Below, piece by piece: positions 36,816-46,940 of a stretch of 64,000 nucleotides of DNA; position 1 is the stretch's first letter, and every line of letters starts with the position of its first letter. Position numbers and translations under genes: made by a program. This stretch comes from a virus (lineage: Duplodnaviria > Caudoviricetes). The stretch spans positions 1 through 64,000 of IMG/VR virus record IMGVR_UViG_3300044840_000108. One strand, 5' to 3'. The notes under the pieces are model-generated. The model saw only the letters and a list, made by a program, of their open reading frames with translations, did not search any database and was not told the DNA's origin.

Positions 36816-37718
36816 TCATCTCGCCGCCGCCAATCCGGGGTACTCATCCCAGGTGCGGCCGTCCAGTTCCCGGCCGCCAGCCTTCGGGGTGCGCCCACCC
36901 ACCTGCTTGAACAGGTAGGACACTGCTGCTGTGACGCACTGGTCGCGCAGTGACCGTGCCCAATCCAGATCCAGCGGGCGGAAGCCGCTGCCGCTCTCGC
37001 CGCCGCCGATGACCCAGTCGATCCCGCTGGGTTCGGGTGTCATACACCCGGCACAGCATCCGATCGCGTCCGGCGCGCCAGCCGGGCCGGCACCACACCC
37101 GCACGTCGGCGGGGTGTCCAGCCACCGCGACAAATCGACCGGGCCGAGCAGCGGCTCGCAGGACAAGAACCGCACCGCTGCCGGGGTATCCAGCAGCAGC
37201 GGAATCCGGACATCGGCCCACTTCTGGTCCTCAACGCTGACCCCGAGCCACACGTTCGGTAGCGGGCCGGCGATTGGCCCGCACCACCGCATGTGGTGAT
37301 CTCGCCAGTGCCAGTCGTCGGCCTCCCATCGTTTCAGCAGTGACCGCATCCGGCCCGGTCGCTTCGTGAGGATCTGGTAGGTGTGCTGCGGGGTGAGAGC
37401 CATCGTGTTCCACACCGACCCGATGAACTCGTCGGTCACCTTGGCGTGGAACAGGTCGGACATGGAGTTGACGAAGATTCGGCGTGGCCTGCGCCAGTGC
37501 AGCGGGGCGCCCAGTGAATCCGGGTGCATCGCCAGGCCGAACCCCGGTCCGCTGGTGCGCGGATCACCGTCGGTCTGGTACTTCGCCGACCCCATCGCCT
37601 TCAACCGCTTGGCGAGGGTCAGGGCGTAGCAGTTGGTGCAACCAGCCGAGACTCGGTCGCAACCGGTTGTAGGGCCCCATGTGGTGTCTGTCCACTCGAT
37701 GGCGCTGTTGTCAGACAT
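36816..37718 (-). CDS. Gp37/Gp68 (DUF5131) family protein
   Basis: IEWTDTTW, GCDRVSAGCTNCYA, FVNSMSDLFH, LTKRP, SCEPLLG, GGESG, FKQVGG. Confidence 0.92.
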   Translation of the reverse strand: MSDNSAIEWTDTTWGPTTGCDRVSAGCTNCYALTLAKRLKAMGSAKYQTDGDPRTSGPGFGLAMHPDSLGAPLHWRRPRRIFVNSMSDLFHAKVTDEFIGSVWNTMALTPQHTYQILTKRPGRMRSLLKRWEADDWHWRDHHMRWCGPIAGPLPNVWLGVSVEDQKWADVRIPLLLDTPAAVRFLSCEPLLGPVDLSRWLDTPPTCGCGAGPAGAPDAIGCCAGCMTPEPSGIDWVIGGGESGSGFRPLDLDWARSLRDQCVTAAVSYLFKQVGGRTPKAGGRELDGRTWDEYPGLAAAR

Positions 37719-38016
37719 TCGCTCCCCCGTTGGCTACCTTGAGTAGAAGATTCCTGTGACACGGCTGATCAAGGCCACACCAGCAAATGAGATCCTGACC
37801 CGCCAGTTCGCGGCGCACCTCGTCGTCGCTGGGGTAGCCCGCGGTGTGCCGTTCCCGTTCGAACCGGTCCACCGCCGCGGCCTGGCCAGCGATGGTGCCG
37901 TCACCACGGAACGGGTTGCCCCACTTGCCGTAGTCGCCCCGGCCGCGACCGACATACACGCCGGGCGGCATGGTTGCGCCCTTCGTGCGACGCCGTTGGC
38001 GTCCTTGCGGAGTCAT
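37711..38016 (-). CDS. DUF4326-like protein
   Basis: VYVGR...KWGNPF...LAGQDLICWC...CH. Confidence 0.8.
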   Translation of the reverse strand: MTPQGRQRRRTKGATMPPGVYVGRGRGDYGKWGNPFRGDGTIAGQAAAVDRFERERHTAGYPSDDEVRRELAGQDLICWCGLDQPCHRNLLLKVANGGANV

Positions 38017-38525
38017 CGAAGGTCCCCCGTACTGGCGGCGGACCGAAGCAGGCACGCCAGCCAAGACCGTTGCACTGACCGCCGCTCGACAGTCCCAGGC
38101 AACAGTTGAGCTGATCGCGCCCGACGCAGAACCGGGCCCGCCGAGGTGTCGGCCCGATAGAGCAGCCCCCACGACAGTGGCAACTCGCCCAAGCTCACGA
38201 TGTCCAGACTGGCCACCACGATCCAGAAGCGATCCACCCGGCTCGTAAACACGGCCGACTTTCCGGGTTGCTTCAACTCTCGTAGCCAGTCCGACCGGCT
38301 GCACTTCATCTCGAACCCGTGCAGGACCAGGCCCTTGGATGGCCACAGGTCCATGACGACCGCGTCAATGGTGCGTTCGGCGTCGAACCCGGCCGCGGAC
38401 CGGACGTGTGGCAGGTACGCGTAGCGGGGGGCGTTGCCGGACAGGATCGTGTACCGCTGGCGCAACAGCACGTGGAGGTCCGCCTCGGTACACGACCGCG
38501 TTGGTGTGTTCTGGATGGCGGTCAC
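38013..38525 (-). CDS. PD-(D/E)xK nuclease-like (MmcB-like) protein
   Basis: TIDAV...HGFEMKCSRSDWLREL...FWIV...WGL. Confidence 0.7.
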   Translation of the reverse strand: MTAIQNTPTRSCTEADLHVLLRQRYTILSGNAPRYAYLPHVRSAAGFDAERTIDAVVMDLWPSKGLVLHGFEMKCSRSDWLRELKQPGKSAVFTSRVDRFWIVVASLDIVSLGELPLSWGLLYRADTSAGPVLRRARSAQLLPGTVERRSVQRSWLACLLRSAASTGDLR

Positions 38526-39481
38526 GGGCGGTCCAACATGGGGTTCGCCAGCAATGCAGCCTCCTGCAACCCGACAGCACGGCCAGCGGTCCACAGTGCC
38601 TCGCCGATCCGCATATCCACCTCCTGCTGGCCGGGGTCCAGTCGGTCCCATGGCAGCAGCCAGGACAGCTTCGGGCGGTACTGCTCCTTGGCCCACTCCA
38701 CCCAGACCTGACGCACCAGCATTCCTGCCGCGAGCCGCGGTTCAGCCGGGTCGCCGGGCTTACCAGCCGGGCGGATGCCGTAGTGGGTGAGCAGCGCGGT
38801 GAAGGCACTGCACGGCGCGGCCACGGTGCACTCCGTTGCGAACTGCCCTTCCCACTCGCCTGCCCAACTGCCGGCGACCACCGAGCACGCCCCGCATCCG
38901 AACCACGAATCCTCCCGGCACTCTGCCGGGCCCTCGTGTTCGCAGTCGCCATCACAGCACTCCTCCGACATCAGCAGCACCGGGCCGTGACGGGTGGCGT
39001 GCACCAGCAGGTCCTGCACGTGCGGGTGGTCCTGGTCGTAGCGGTCGGTGGCCAGGATCGCCTCGTACAGCCGGCACGCCAAGTCTGGGTCACCGAGCGC
39101 CTTGGCTGCCGCATCCCGGTCCGGGCCGGTGAACCGCATCGCCTTGATCACTGCCGCCGTGGTGCCGGCCTCGACTGCTACTTCCCATTCGCATTCCGGG
39201 CACACCCGATGGGTGGCGAGGTTCTCGTTGTCGCGGTCGTAGCCGCCCCAGGTGCGGGCGACCCCAACCTGGCGGTGACACACCGAGTGGGTGGTGATCC
39301 GCCACTCGGACGGGTTGGCCAGTGCCGCCTTGGCGGCGTCACGGTAACGGACCGCGTGCAGCCGGCCACCGTCCAAGCCGATCAGGTAGTCGACGTCGGT
39401 GGGTAGCGGCGGCGGTGGGTCGTTGTGGTCGTCGGCCAGTTGCATCATGGCCATGTGGGCGGGTTCGATGCGGTCCGTCAC
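38522..39481 (-). CDS. Cys-rich hypothetical protein
   Basis: Coupled ORF; CPEC, CCDGDC, CGAC. Confidence 0.55.
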   Translation of the reverse strand: MTDRIEPAHMAMMQLADDHNDPPPPLPTDVDYLIGLDGGRLHAVRYRDAAKAALANPSEWRITTHSVCHRQVGVARTWGGYDRDNENLATHRVCPECEWEVAVEAGTTAAVIKAMRFTGPDRDAAAKALGDPDLACRLYEAILATDRYDQDHPHVQDLLVHATRHGPVLLMSEECCDGDCEHEGPAECREDSWFGCGACSVVAGSWAGEWEGQFATECTVAAPCSAFTALLTHYGIRPAGKPGDPAEPRLAAGMLVRQVWVEWAKEQYRPKLSWLLPWDRLDPGQQEVDMRIGEALWTAGRAVGLQEAALLANPMLDRP

Positions 39482-39957
39482 TGGTTCCTCCCCGGGGTAC
39501 AGCACAGGTCCTGGTAGATGTTCACCACGTCGGTCAGGAAACCGTCGCTGACCGTGGTGTTGTACAGCGTGTCGAGCCGCTGCCGCAGAAGGTCCGCCAG
39601 CGCCTCGCTTGGGCCCCGGTTGGGCGCGATGTCGTGAACAGCGGCGATCACCCGCTGTGCCGTCGTGGTGGGCAGGTACCACAGGCCGGCCAGGATGTCC
39701 GCGCCGTCGACCACGACGTGGGCGGGTTCCGTGTCCGGCCCGGTGTCCGTGTGATGGGGGCACTGGCACGTCGTGCCAGCCGGGTCGGAGCATTCGGTGT
39801 GGTAGCCGATGCTGCATTGCCGCTTTCGGCTGTGGTTGTAGGGGTTGCGGCCGGTTCCGTCGGCGCCGGTCAGCCGGTCGGTGTAGGCGTCGTCGGTTTC
39901 GCCCGGCAAGCTGGGCGGGGGCGTCGGATACCAGGTACCGCGTTCGGTGGGGTCCAT
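39478..39957 (-). CDS. Hypothetical protein
   Basis: CSIGYHTECSDP...CQCPHH; GAGG RBS. Confidence 0.6.
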   Translation of the reverse strand: MDPTERGTWYPTPPPSLPGETDDAYTDRLTGADGTGRNPYNHSRKRQCSIGYHTECSDPAGTTCQCPHHTDTGPDTEPAHVVVDGADILAGLWYLPTTTAQRVIAAVHDIAPNRGPSEALADLLRQRLDTLYNTTVSDGFLTDVVNIYQDLCCTPGRNQ

Positions 39958-39991
39958 GCGGGTCCTCTCGGATGTGGTGGAAGGGTGGGTA

Positions 39992-40486
39992 CTACCGGTT
40001 GGCGGCGCGGCGTTGCTGGCGCCGCGCGGTGAGGTCGGTGGCGCTGGCCAAGCCGGTGATGTAGCCCCGGAACTCGTCCGGGTGCGCGGCGGCCAACGCG
40101 GCGAGCGCGCGAAGTTCCGCAGTCAACGCCGCCCGTTCGGCGTGCCGGCGGGAGAGTCGCTGTCCGTCGCCGTCGCGCGGCACATGCCCCGTCTCCGCCT
40201 CGCCGACCCGCTTGATGTCCCTGGCCAGCACCGAGATCGGGTCCTGTTCCCAGGACTTGACCCATCGGATGCGGTCTGCGCAGGTCATGCACACCGTGAA
40301 CGCCGCGCGGGCCTGCCCTACCCGTTTGATGCGGGCCCGGATCTCGTCAACTGTCGCGATGGACTGGACCTCAGTAACCGGGCGGCCACATTCGGTCACG
40401 GCGTCCTCATGGGCACGCCACGGCGGTAAGTGCCGCACCAGGTGGTCCAGGTTCGCGGGTTTCCTGGTCAGGTCGTCGTCAGCCAC
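39992..40486 (-). CDS. Hypothetical Zn-binding protein
   Basis: TECG...VCMTC; GAGGG RBS. Confidence 0.6.
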   Translation of the reverse strand: MADDDLTRKPANLDHLVRHLPPWRAHEDAVTECGRPVTEVQSIATVDEIRARIKRVGQARAAFTVCMTCADRIRWVKSWEQDPISVLARDIKRVGEAETGHVPRDGDGQRLSRRHAERAALTAELRALAALAAAHPDEFRGYITGLASATDLTARRQQRRAANR

Positions 40487-41024
40487 AAAGGCTCGCCCTC
40501 TCTGCTGCTCAGTTTCTCACGTCAGAATACCCCGTGTAGCACACTGTTCGCAATGCTATCCAGCAGTGCGCACAGTGTATCGAATGGTGTATTGGGTGCC
40601 TGAGACATCGCCAGCGCGAGGAGGGTTTTCGCGTTGCCGGGATCGCCCGAGGTGCGGTATCGGACAACCCCGGCAACGTGGGCGGTGGGACCTAGCGGGG
40701 GTACTACACAGCCTGGGGTAGCTGCGCAAACGGCCCCGATCACCGACGCCAGTATGACCCGCCGACCCGTGGCGGTCCGGTCCCGACATGCCGACAAACC
40801 ACCGATCACCGACGGGGCCGCGCGCCAACCCCGCAACGACGGCAACGGGGGAAGGTCCGTGGTGTGTCCGCAGCCCAGCCACACCACGGCCAGGTGGTGC
40901 ACCGAGACCGGAGAGCGCTGACCGCACGTCCCGCACTTCGGGCACGGTGTGGTCACCACATTGAGGACCGGGCCGTGTTCGGCCACATAATTCGATGCTC
41001 GGCGCGCGGCGTCTTCTAACGTCG

Positions 41025-41501
41025 TCACCCCAACTCGCCTACCTCACCGTCCAGGCCGTCCGGGTCGGACAGGAGGTCCCCGGTGAGGGGCAGCGGGTGG
41101 TGGGTGTCGTCGAACAGGCGCAGGTCATCGCTGGTGATCGGTACCCGCCGGATCGGGTTCGCAGGGTCTGGTAGGCCCACGAACTCCGACAGGCCCCGGA
41201 CCTCGGTGGACAACTGGATGGGGCAGGCCCCTCCACCAACGGTGCCGGTGACGATGACCCCGCCGTCCAGGGGGTGGGCGTGGGCGGTTTCGACCTCGAC
41301 TGCCGGGTTTTCGAGGGTGTCGACCCAGTCGGCGAGGGCACTGGCCTGCCGGATGATGTAGTCGCGGAGGTACCGGTGGCCGCCGATCTCGTCGATCGCG
41401 GGCAGGTGTGGGTGGGCTTGCATGTGCTGGGCGAGCAGGAACCACTGTTCGGCCTGCAACTGGGCGGCGGTGCGGGCGGGTGCGGTGAGGATGTCGGTCA
41501 C
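41025..41501 (-). CDS. Hypothetical protein
   Basis: GGAGG RBS before GTG 41501. Confidence 0.55.
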   Translation of the reverse strand: MTDILTAPARTAAQLQAEQWFLLAQHMQAHPHLPAIDEIGGHRYLRDYIIRQASALADWVDTLENPAVEVETAHAHPLDGGVIVTGTVGGGACPIQLSTEVRGLSEFVGLPDPANPIRRVPITSDDLRLFDDTHHPLPLTGDLLSDPDGLDGEVGELG

Positions 41502-42172
41502 GGGTGGTCTCCTCCCGGAACGGCGGGTGCCGTCCTGTGTCATGGCGGTGGGGTCACGCATAGCCATCGATTGTGGCGGTGCGGGCCATTCGGGGGAACG
41601 GTTTACGGCCCACCACTCCACGTGCCATCACTGGGCGCGCTTGACTGGTCGCTTTCCGCCATCGACAACGGTCAAAAGCGGGCGCCGCCCCATCGATCCA
41701 CGCCAGCAGACCGCGGTGCGGCCGGTCATCCGGGGTCATCGCCACCGCCGCGAACGCCAACGCGATCAGCCGCACCGGATCTTCCGAGCCCCACCGCGCC
41801 AGCGTGCGCCACACCTCCGCCGGATCCAGGCACCGCAGGTCCGTCGACAACCGGCCGGCGTCCGCTACCGCCCGGTTCGCCATCCGCATCCTGTCCCCCG
41901 GCGGTATGCCCGCACCGGCCGCGTGGTCCCGGCGCCGCTGGCCAGCCGGGTTCCCGGCCGTCACCGCGCCGTACGTCGTGTCCGCAACCACCGGGGTAGC
42001 TGCCGCACCGCGATCCACACCGCGACCGCCGCGCACACCACGCAACCCACCACGCCTTCCACAGTGGGGCCCAGGCGCACAGCCCCGTCAGCGAACATGC
42101 ACGCTGCCCCCAACGCCACCCCGAACCCCAACAGCGGCGAGCGGCCCACCGTCGGGTGCGGCCGTTCAGGTG

Positions 42173-42652
42173 TCACGTCGTAGTGGGGCACGGCCCTTCC
42201 TCTCTGGTCTCTGTCGGAGCGTCCCGCGGCGAGTCGCTGGTGTTGTCCAGCCGCACCCACCGTTGCTGGCGGTACCACACCCGCTTCGATGCCGGGTCGC
42301 GCCAGCCCGGCACGATCCAACCCAGGTGCTCGTATTCGGCCCGGTTGCCGTTCGTGTTGGTCACGGCGCCATGACATCGCCAGCACAAGTGCAGTCCATT
42401 GCAAGGCAGCCAGAGACCCTGCTGGGATCGGTTGCGACGGTGATGCCACTCAGTTGCCTGACCGACACAGATGCCTGGTATCTGGATCTCGCAGATGCCC
42501 TTGGATCGCCTCCACAATGCCCGCCGGCCAGCTCTTTCCGCCGCCGACTCGCCCGGCTTTGGTGTGGCGCGCTGGCGCATCGGTGCGTGGCGATGCGGCA
42601 TCGGGGTGCGTTGCCTCAGCCCCGCGCCTCGGTGTAGTGGGGTCCGCTTCAT
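42173..42652 (-). CDS. HNH endonuclease-like protein
   Basis: MKRTPL..., CEI...C...EWHHRRNRSQ...NGLHLCWRCH. Confidence 0.8.
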   Translation of the reverse strand: MKRTPLHRGAGLRQRTPMPHRHAPMRQRATPKPGESAAERAGRRALWRRSKGICEIQIPGICVGQATEWHHRRNRSQQGLWLPCNGLHLCWRCHGAVTNTNGNRAEYEHLGWIVPGWRDPASKRVWYRQQRWVRLDNTSDSPRDAPTETREEGPCPTTT

Positions 42653-42760
42653 CAGCGCCAACCCTACGCTTGCGCCACACTGGATACAATGCTGTTCGCT
42701 ATCCGATCCAGCGTGCTAGACCGCTTGCTGTCCGGCATCGCGAGCGCCTATCATGCGGGC

Positions 42761-43036
42761 ATGACGTGGACACCCGCGATGAACGATGAGCTGCTGGCCT
42801 GGATCGCGTCCGGGCAGGCCAGGGACTGGCGTAAAGCAGCCCGGCTGACCCTGGTCCAGGCAGCAGCAGAGGTGGAGGTCTCGTGGAACACGGTAGCCGC
42901 ATGGGAGAAGCCTTCGGTGCCCCCCGAACAACGACAGAAGCCAACCGGGCACAACGCGCAGCGCTACTACGCTCGCCTGAAGGCTTGGCGTCGGCAGGCC
43001 GAACAGGCGTCCTCGGCACTTCGGGACCAGTCGTGA
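42761..43036 (+). CDS. HTH DNA-binding protein (leaderless)
   Basis: ARLTLVQAAAEVEVSWNTVAAWE; TATCAT 6 nt upstream. Confidence 0.7.
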   Translation: MTWTPAMNDELLAWIASGQARDWRKAARLTLVQAAAEVEVSWNTVAAWEKPSVPPEQRQKPTGHNAQRYYARLKAWRRQAEQASSALRDQS

Positions 43037-43467
43037 CCAGGCTGCCCGGTGATGCCGAGCCGGCGCGGTGGGAGATCCCCGTCCCCCTCGTCATGCGCCG
43101 GAAGACCGGCTACTACCCGCTGACCATGAACGCCCGGCTGCACTGGCGACCCAAGGCCGAACTGGTGGCCAAGATCCGGGAGGCTGTCGGCTGGCACGCG
43201 AAGAACCTGCGCATCCCGCCGCAGGAGCACGTCACGGTGTGGTTGTGCTACGCCTCCGGCAGTCAACGCAAGATCGACGGCCCCAATCTGGCCGCCACGG
43301 TCAAGCCGGCTGTGGACGCGCTCCAGGACGCAGGGATAGTGCCCGGCGACGACGCGCGGTACGTCACCGAACTGCCGACCGAGTTGATCTCTGACGGTGG
43401 CCCACGGAGGGCGTGGCTCGTCGTTGCGGCTACCCCACGCGCCGAGACCGAGGAGGCCCCGAAGTGA
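43033..43467 (+). CDS. rusA: RusA-like Holliday junction resolvase
   Basis: MNARLHW, RKIDGPNL...KPAVDALQDAGIVPGDD. Confidence 0.75.
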   Translation: MTRLPGDAEPARWEIPVPLVMRRKTGYYPLTMNARLHWRPKAELVAKIREAVGWHAKNLRIPPQEHVTVWLCYASGSQRKIDGPNLAATVKPAVDALQDAGIVPGDDARYVTELPTELISDGGPRRAWLVVAATPRAETEEAPK

Positions 43468-43751
43468 GCGACTTGAGATGGACCCTTCTGCGACACCGAG
43501 TCCTGCGTGACGTGGCGGCTGACAATGCCAGCGCTAACTTCCGGTACTGGCCGTCAACGCCGGGAAGTCCGCGCGCGTTCGAGCACAAGCGCCACGATCT
43601 AGCCCCACAGGAGAAGACCACGCTGGCGACGCTCCTAAGCGAGAGTTTGATCCTGCCGAGACAGATCGGTGACCGCACTCTTGCGCATGGACTTGAGATA
43701 CCGGCCGAAGGTGCTGTCCTGCTGTCCCGCTGGGATCGGGAGCAGCGATGA
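43464..43751 (+). CDS. Hypothetical protein
   Basis: GTGA/ATGA coupling. Confidence 0.55.
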   Translation: MSDLRWTLLRHRVLRDVAADNASANFRYWPSTPGSPRAFEHKRHDLAPQEKTTLATLLSESLILPRQIGDRTLAHGLEIPAEGAVLLSRWDREQR

Positions 43752-44056
43752 CGAACGACGTGCGCGAAGGCACGATCGTCGCGCCATGGAGTACCGAGAC
43801 GGTGGAGGCGCTCAACGCCTACCAAGTTGCTGGCGTGATGCACCCATTCACCTGCGCCCTGGACAGCGGTCATGGCGCCGGTTACCTCCTGGCTACCAAG
43901 CAGGGCTGGGTGTGCACCGAGGACGGCTGCGGCTACACCCAGGACTGGGCACACGACTTCATGACCACGAAGGCCGCGCGCACGCCGTTCTGGCAGCGCG
44001 CCGAAGTGCCCGCCAAGGCGGATGCCATGCAATTGTCAGCGGTCCGTGGATCATAG
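43748..44056 (+). CDS. Small Zn-ribbon protein
   Basis: HPFTC...WVC...C.Y.Q.WAH. Confidence 0.65.
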   Translation: MTNDVREGTIVAPWSTETVEALNAYQVAGVMHPFTCALDSGHGAGYLLATKQGWVCTEDGCGYTQDWAHDFMTTKAARTPFWQRAEVPAKADAMQLSAVRGS

Positions 44057-44219
44057 GTAGGGACGGCGGTCGGTAGGTGTTTGACGATGGCCGGGTGCGC
44101 GTTTCCGCGAGCCCGGTTTTCGGCTGTTTTGCCTGCTCAGAGGTGGTTTCGCGGTTGACTTTGACACCGTTTGGGTGTGTACTGGTGGGGTCCACCACGA
44201 CACCCCGCAAGGAGCTTCC

Positions 44220-45692
44220 GTGTCTTCTGCTGTCTCCACGTCGAACCGCACATTCAACAACAAGCCGAAGCGGCCGCCGCAGCCCCCATTGCCGGACGGC
44301 CCGTCAGCCGCCATTCAAGCCCGGCACCGGCCGCCGACCGGAAAGCCCTCCTGGACCCGGCTGCTGATCTCCGGCGGGACCGGGGCACGCAAGTCGTGGG
44401 TAGCCGCGGAGTTCGCCACCGACGACCGCATTGATGGCATGTACTGGCTAGAAGTCGGCGCGGGCGAGGACACCGCCGACGAATACGGCATGATCCCCGG
44501 TGCCAACTATCAGATCATCGTGCATGACGGCACCTACCGGGACATCTACGAGCAGATCTGCGCGCACTGGGATCTCGCCAAGAAGGCCGAGGCGGCTGGC
44601 CAGACCATCGCGTTGACGGTGGACGCCATGTCGGGGATCAACAACATGCTGTCGAACATGAGTGACACCCGGGCCCGCCGGAAGCTGGCCCACCAGTTGC
44701 GGGACGCCAAGCAAAATCCCGACCTGGCGTGGTCTTCCGAGCGGGACGTCACGATCACCCCGGACCTGCACACCCTGGTCCGGAAGCGCCACGAACAGCT
44801 CATGGCGAAGATCCTCACGTGGCCCGGCCCGGTCATCCTGATCACCCGGGAGCGGATCGCCACGGTGTTCGAGGGCGGCGAGCCCACGAAGGTCAAGGAG
44901 TGGTCCGTTGAGTGTCGCAAGGATCTTCCGTCGCAGTGCACCTCGTGGATCCGACTGCACCAGGACAAGCCGCCCACGCTGCTGAAGCTGCGGTCCGGCC
45001 GGCAGGGCGTGCTGGGGGAAGCCCAGCGGCAGGAGGAGCGCAAGGACTTCACGGTCGCGAAACTGATCTTCGAGTGGGTGGGGTGCCAGGCGGGTGTCAG
45101 CCGGGCCCCTGAATCGCGGACCTGGGACGCGGACCAGCCCATGGCCGGCGAGAACCCGGTAGCTGAACGACTGCGAGCCGAAGTGATCGCCGCGGCCAGT
45201 TTCGCCGAGATCCAGGAGCTGTGGCAACGGGCCAGTGTCGCCGACATGGCAGACGTGCCGGTACTCAACGCCGACGGCCGGTCCACGGTCACCCTGGGGG
45301 ACCTGATCTATCTGCTGGGCAGCAAAGCCAAAGCAGCCGAGACCGAAGCAGCGTCGCCAGCGGAACCCGCCAGTGCCGTAACTCCGCCCGTGACGGCCCC
45401 GGTCGCACCTGCGACGGCACCGGTCGCCGCTACTCCTTCTCCAGTGACGCCAGCGGACGAGGTCATGGCCAGCCGAGCCAACCCGGAGCAGGTCACCGCG
45501 ATCCAGGCCAGGTTGACGAAACTCGGGCATGGCCGCGTGGTGGACCAGATCCGGGCTGTCGCCGCACTGGTGGGTCGCCAAGTGGGCATCCTGGGTCGGT
45601 TGACCGCCGCCGAAGCGGTCTCCGTGCTGGCGGTGCTGGACAAGCCTGACGCCGATGCCATCATCGGTGCCGCGTTGACGACCGGTATCTAA
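44220..45692 (+). CDS. RecA/Sak4-like P-loop ATPase (recombination protein) with an Ala/Pro linker
   Basis: LLISGGTGARKS Walker A, LTVDAMS Walker B, VILITRE; AAGGAG RBS. Confidence 0.7.
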   Translation: MSSAVSTSNRTFNNKPKRPPQPPLPDGPSAAIQARHRPPTGKPSWTRLLISGGTGARKSWVAAEFATDDRIDGMYWLEVGAGEDTADEYGMIPGANYQIIVHDGTYRDIYEQICAHWDLAKKAEAAGQTIALTVDAMSGINNMLSNMSDTRARRKLAHQLRDAKQNPDLAWSSERDVTITPDLHTLVRKRHEQLMAKILTWPGPVILITRERIATVFEGGEPTKVKEWSVECRKDLPSQCTSWIRLHQDKPPTLLKLRSGRQGVLGEAQRQEERKDFTVAKLIFEWVGCQAGVSRAPESRTWDADQPMAGENPVAERLRAEVIAAASFAEIQELWQRASVADMADVPVLNADGRSTVTLGDLIYLLGSKAKAAETEAASPAEPASAVTPPVTAPVAPATAPVAATPSPVTPADEVMASRANPEQVTAIQARLTKLGHGRVVDQIRAVAALVGRQVGILGRLTAAEAVSVLAVLDKPDADAIIGAALTTGI

Positions 45693-46019
45693 ATGGCCCG
45701 CCTCGACCCGCGGGAGCGGTACGACTGGGTCACCGGCAGGTGGTATGTCCTGCCAGCCCGGGTACCGCTCCCGCGGGTCCAGCTCATCACCCACCGGCAC
45801 GTCTGCCCGGACGGCACCGCGGTGACGGTGAAGGCGCAGTGGATCTCCCCCGTGCAGGCCACCCTGTACCGGTGGTCGATCGCGGGCGAGCGGGCCGGGT
45901 GCACGTCGTCGCTGTCCCTACCGGAGACGCCACCGGACTGGTCTGGTGTGGACGACCTGCACCCTCAGCCAATTCTGGACGTTTCCGGATCAACAGGTGC
46001 GTGTCGCGTCGCGCGGTAG
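45693..46019 (+). CDS. Hypothetical protein
   Basis: ATG directly after the upstream stop. Confidence 0.45.
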   Translation: MARLDPRERYDWVTGRWYVLPARVPLPRVQLITHRHVCPDGTAVTVKAQWISPVQATLYRWSIAGERAGCTSSLSLPETPPDWSGVDDLHPQPILDVSGSTGACRVAR

Positions 46020-46157
46020 CGGTACCGCGCGTAGAAACCAGGCTTAGGCGGGTGCGCCAGCATCCTTCGCTGTCAGCCAATGCTGACGCACCCGCGTGAC
46101 TGGACGGTAGCGCACACCTGCCGGGCATGATCCGGCCGGGAAGGGGAACAGCGACCG

Positions 46158-46940
46158 ATGAACGATGTGGACACGGTGCAGGTGCCGCGACTGGCGAAGG
46201 GGTCGCATCACCGGGGCGCCGGAAAAATGTGTGCGATGAACCTGGTGTCGTGGGAACACGGCGACCACCTGATCACCGACTATCCGGCGAGCGTGGCGCC
46301 CGCGTTGGCGCGGCTGGCACAGCACCTCAACGACAGGGTGTGTGTGCACGGCGCGGTCGAGGCGGACCTGTTGTGCCCGCCCTGCTCGATGGGAGTGGTC
46401 GACGTGGCGCACGCCATGGTCGGCACGGGCGGTGGGACGGCGGAGTTGTCGTGGCGGTGGGCAGCCGCGGTGGCGGAACTCGCGGTGGAGGTATTCCGGT
46501 TCGAGTTCCCAGGGTTGGCGACGGAGCGGCAGCGGACAGCCGCGTCGTGCCGGGACATCGCCCGGCAGGTCGCGGAGACCCCGCGGGCTGGGATCAGCAC
46601 GCACACGGAGGCGCGGGCGGCCGGACAGTCCGCGTCGTCAACGTTGGGCATGGTGATGGCGCGGTCGGAGCCGGCGCGGACGATCGAGTTCGCGGCGCGG
46701 GCGGTGGCGTTGTGGCACGAGTTGGCGGCCAGCACCCCTGTGGTGGTGGAGCCTGCGGTGCAGGCCCGGGCGTGGACTGCGGCGATGGAGGCGGCGGTCC
46801 AGTACCGCGCAAACGTGACGTTCACGGCCCCGGCGGGGATGTTTTCCGCGCCCGCCTCCGCACCTGTGGCGGTGTCGCCGGTGTGGTTGCCGTCCGTGTT
46901 GGCGTCGGGGTACGGGTCGTCACTGATGTTGACCATCTGA
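46158..46940 (+). CDS. Hypothetical actinophage protein
   Basis: L..GSH...CAM..VSW..G...TDYP...ND motif. Confidence 0.65.
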   Translation: MNDVDTVQVPRLAKGSHHRGAGKMCAMNLVSWEHGDHLITDYPASVAPALARLAQHLNDRVCVHGAVEADLLCPPCSMGVVDVAHAMVGTGGGTAELSWRWAAAVAELAVEVFRFEFPGLATERQRTAASCRDIARQVAETPRAGISTHTEARAAGQSASSTLGMVMARSEPARTIEFAARAVALWHELAASTPVVVEPAVQARAWTAAMEAAVQYRANVTFTAPAGMFSAPASAPVAVSPVWLPSVLASGYGSSLMLTI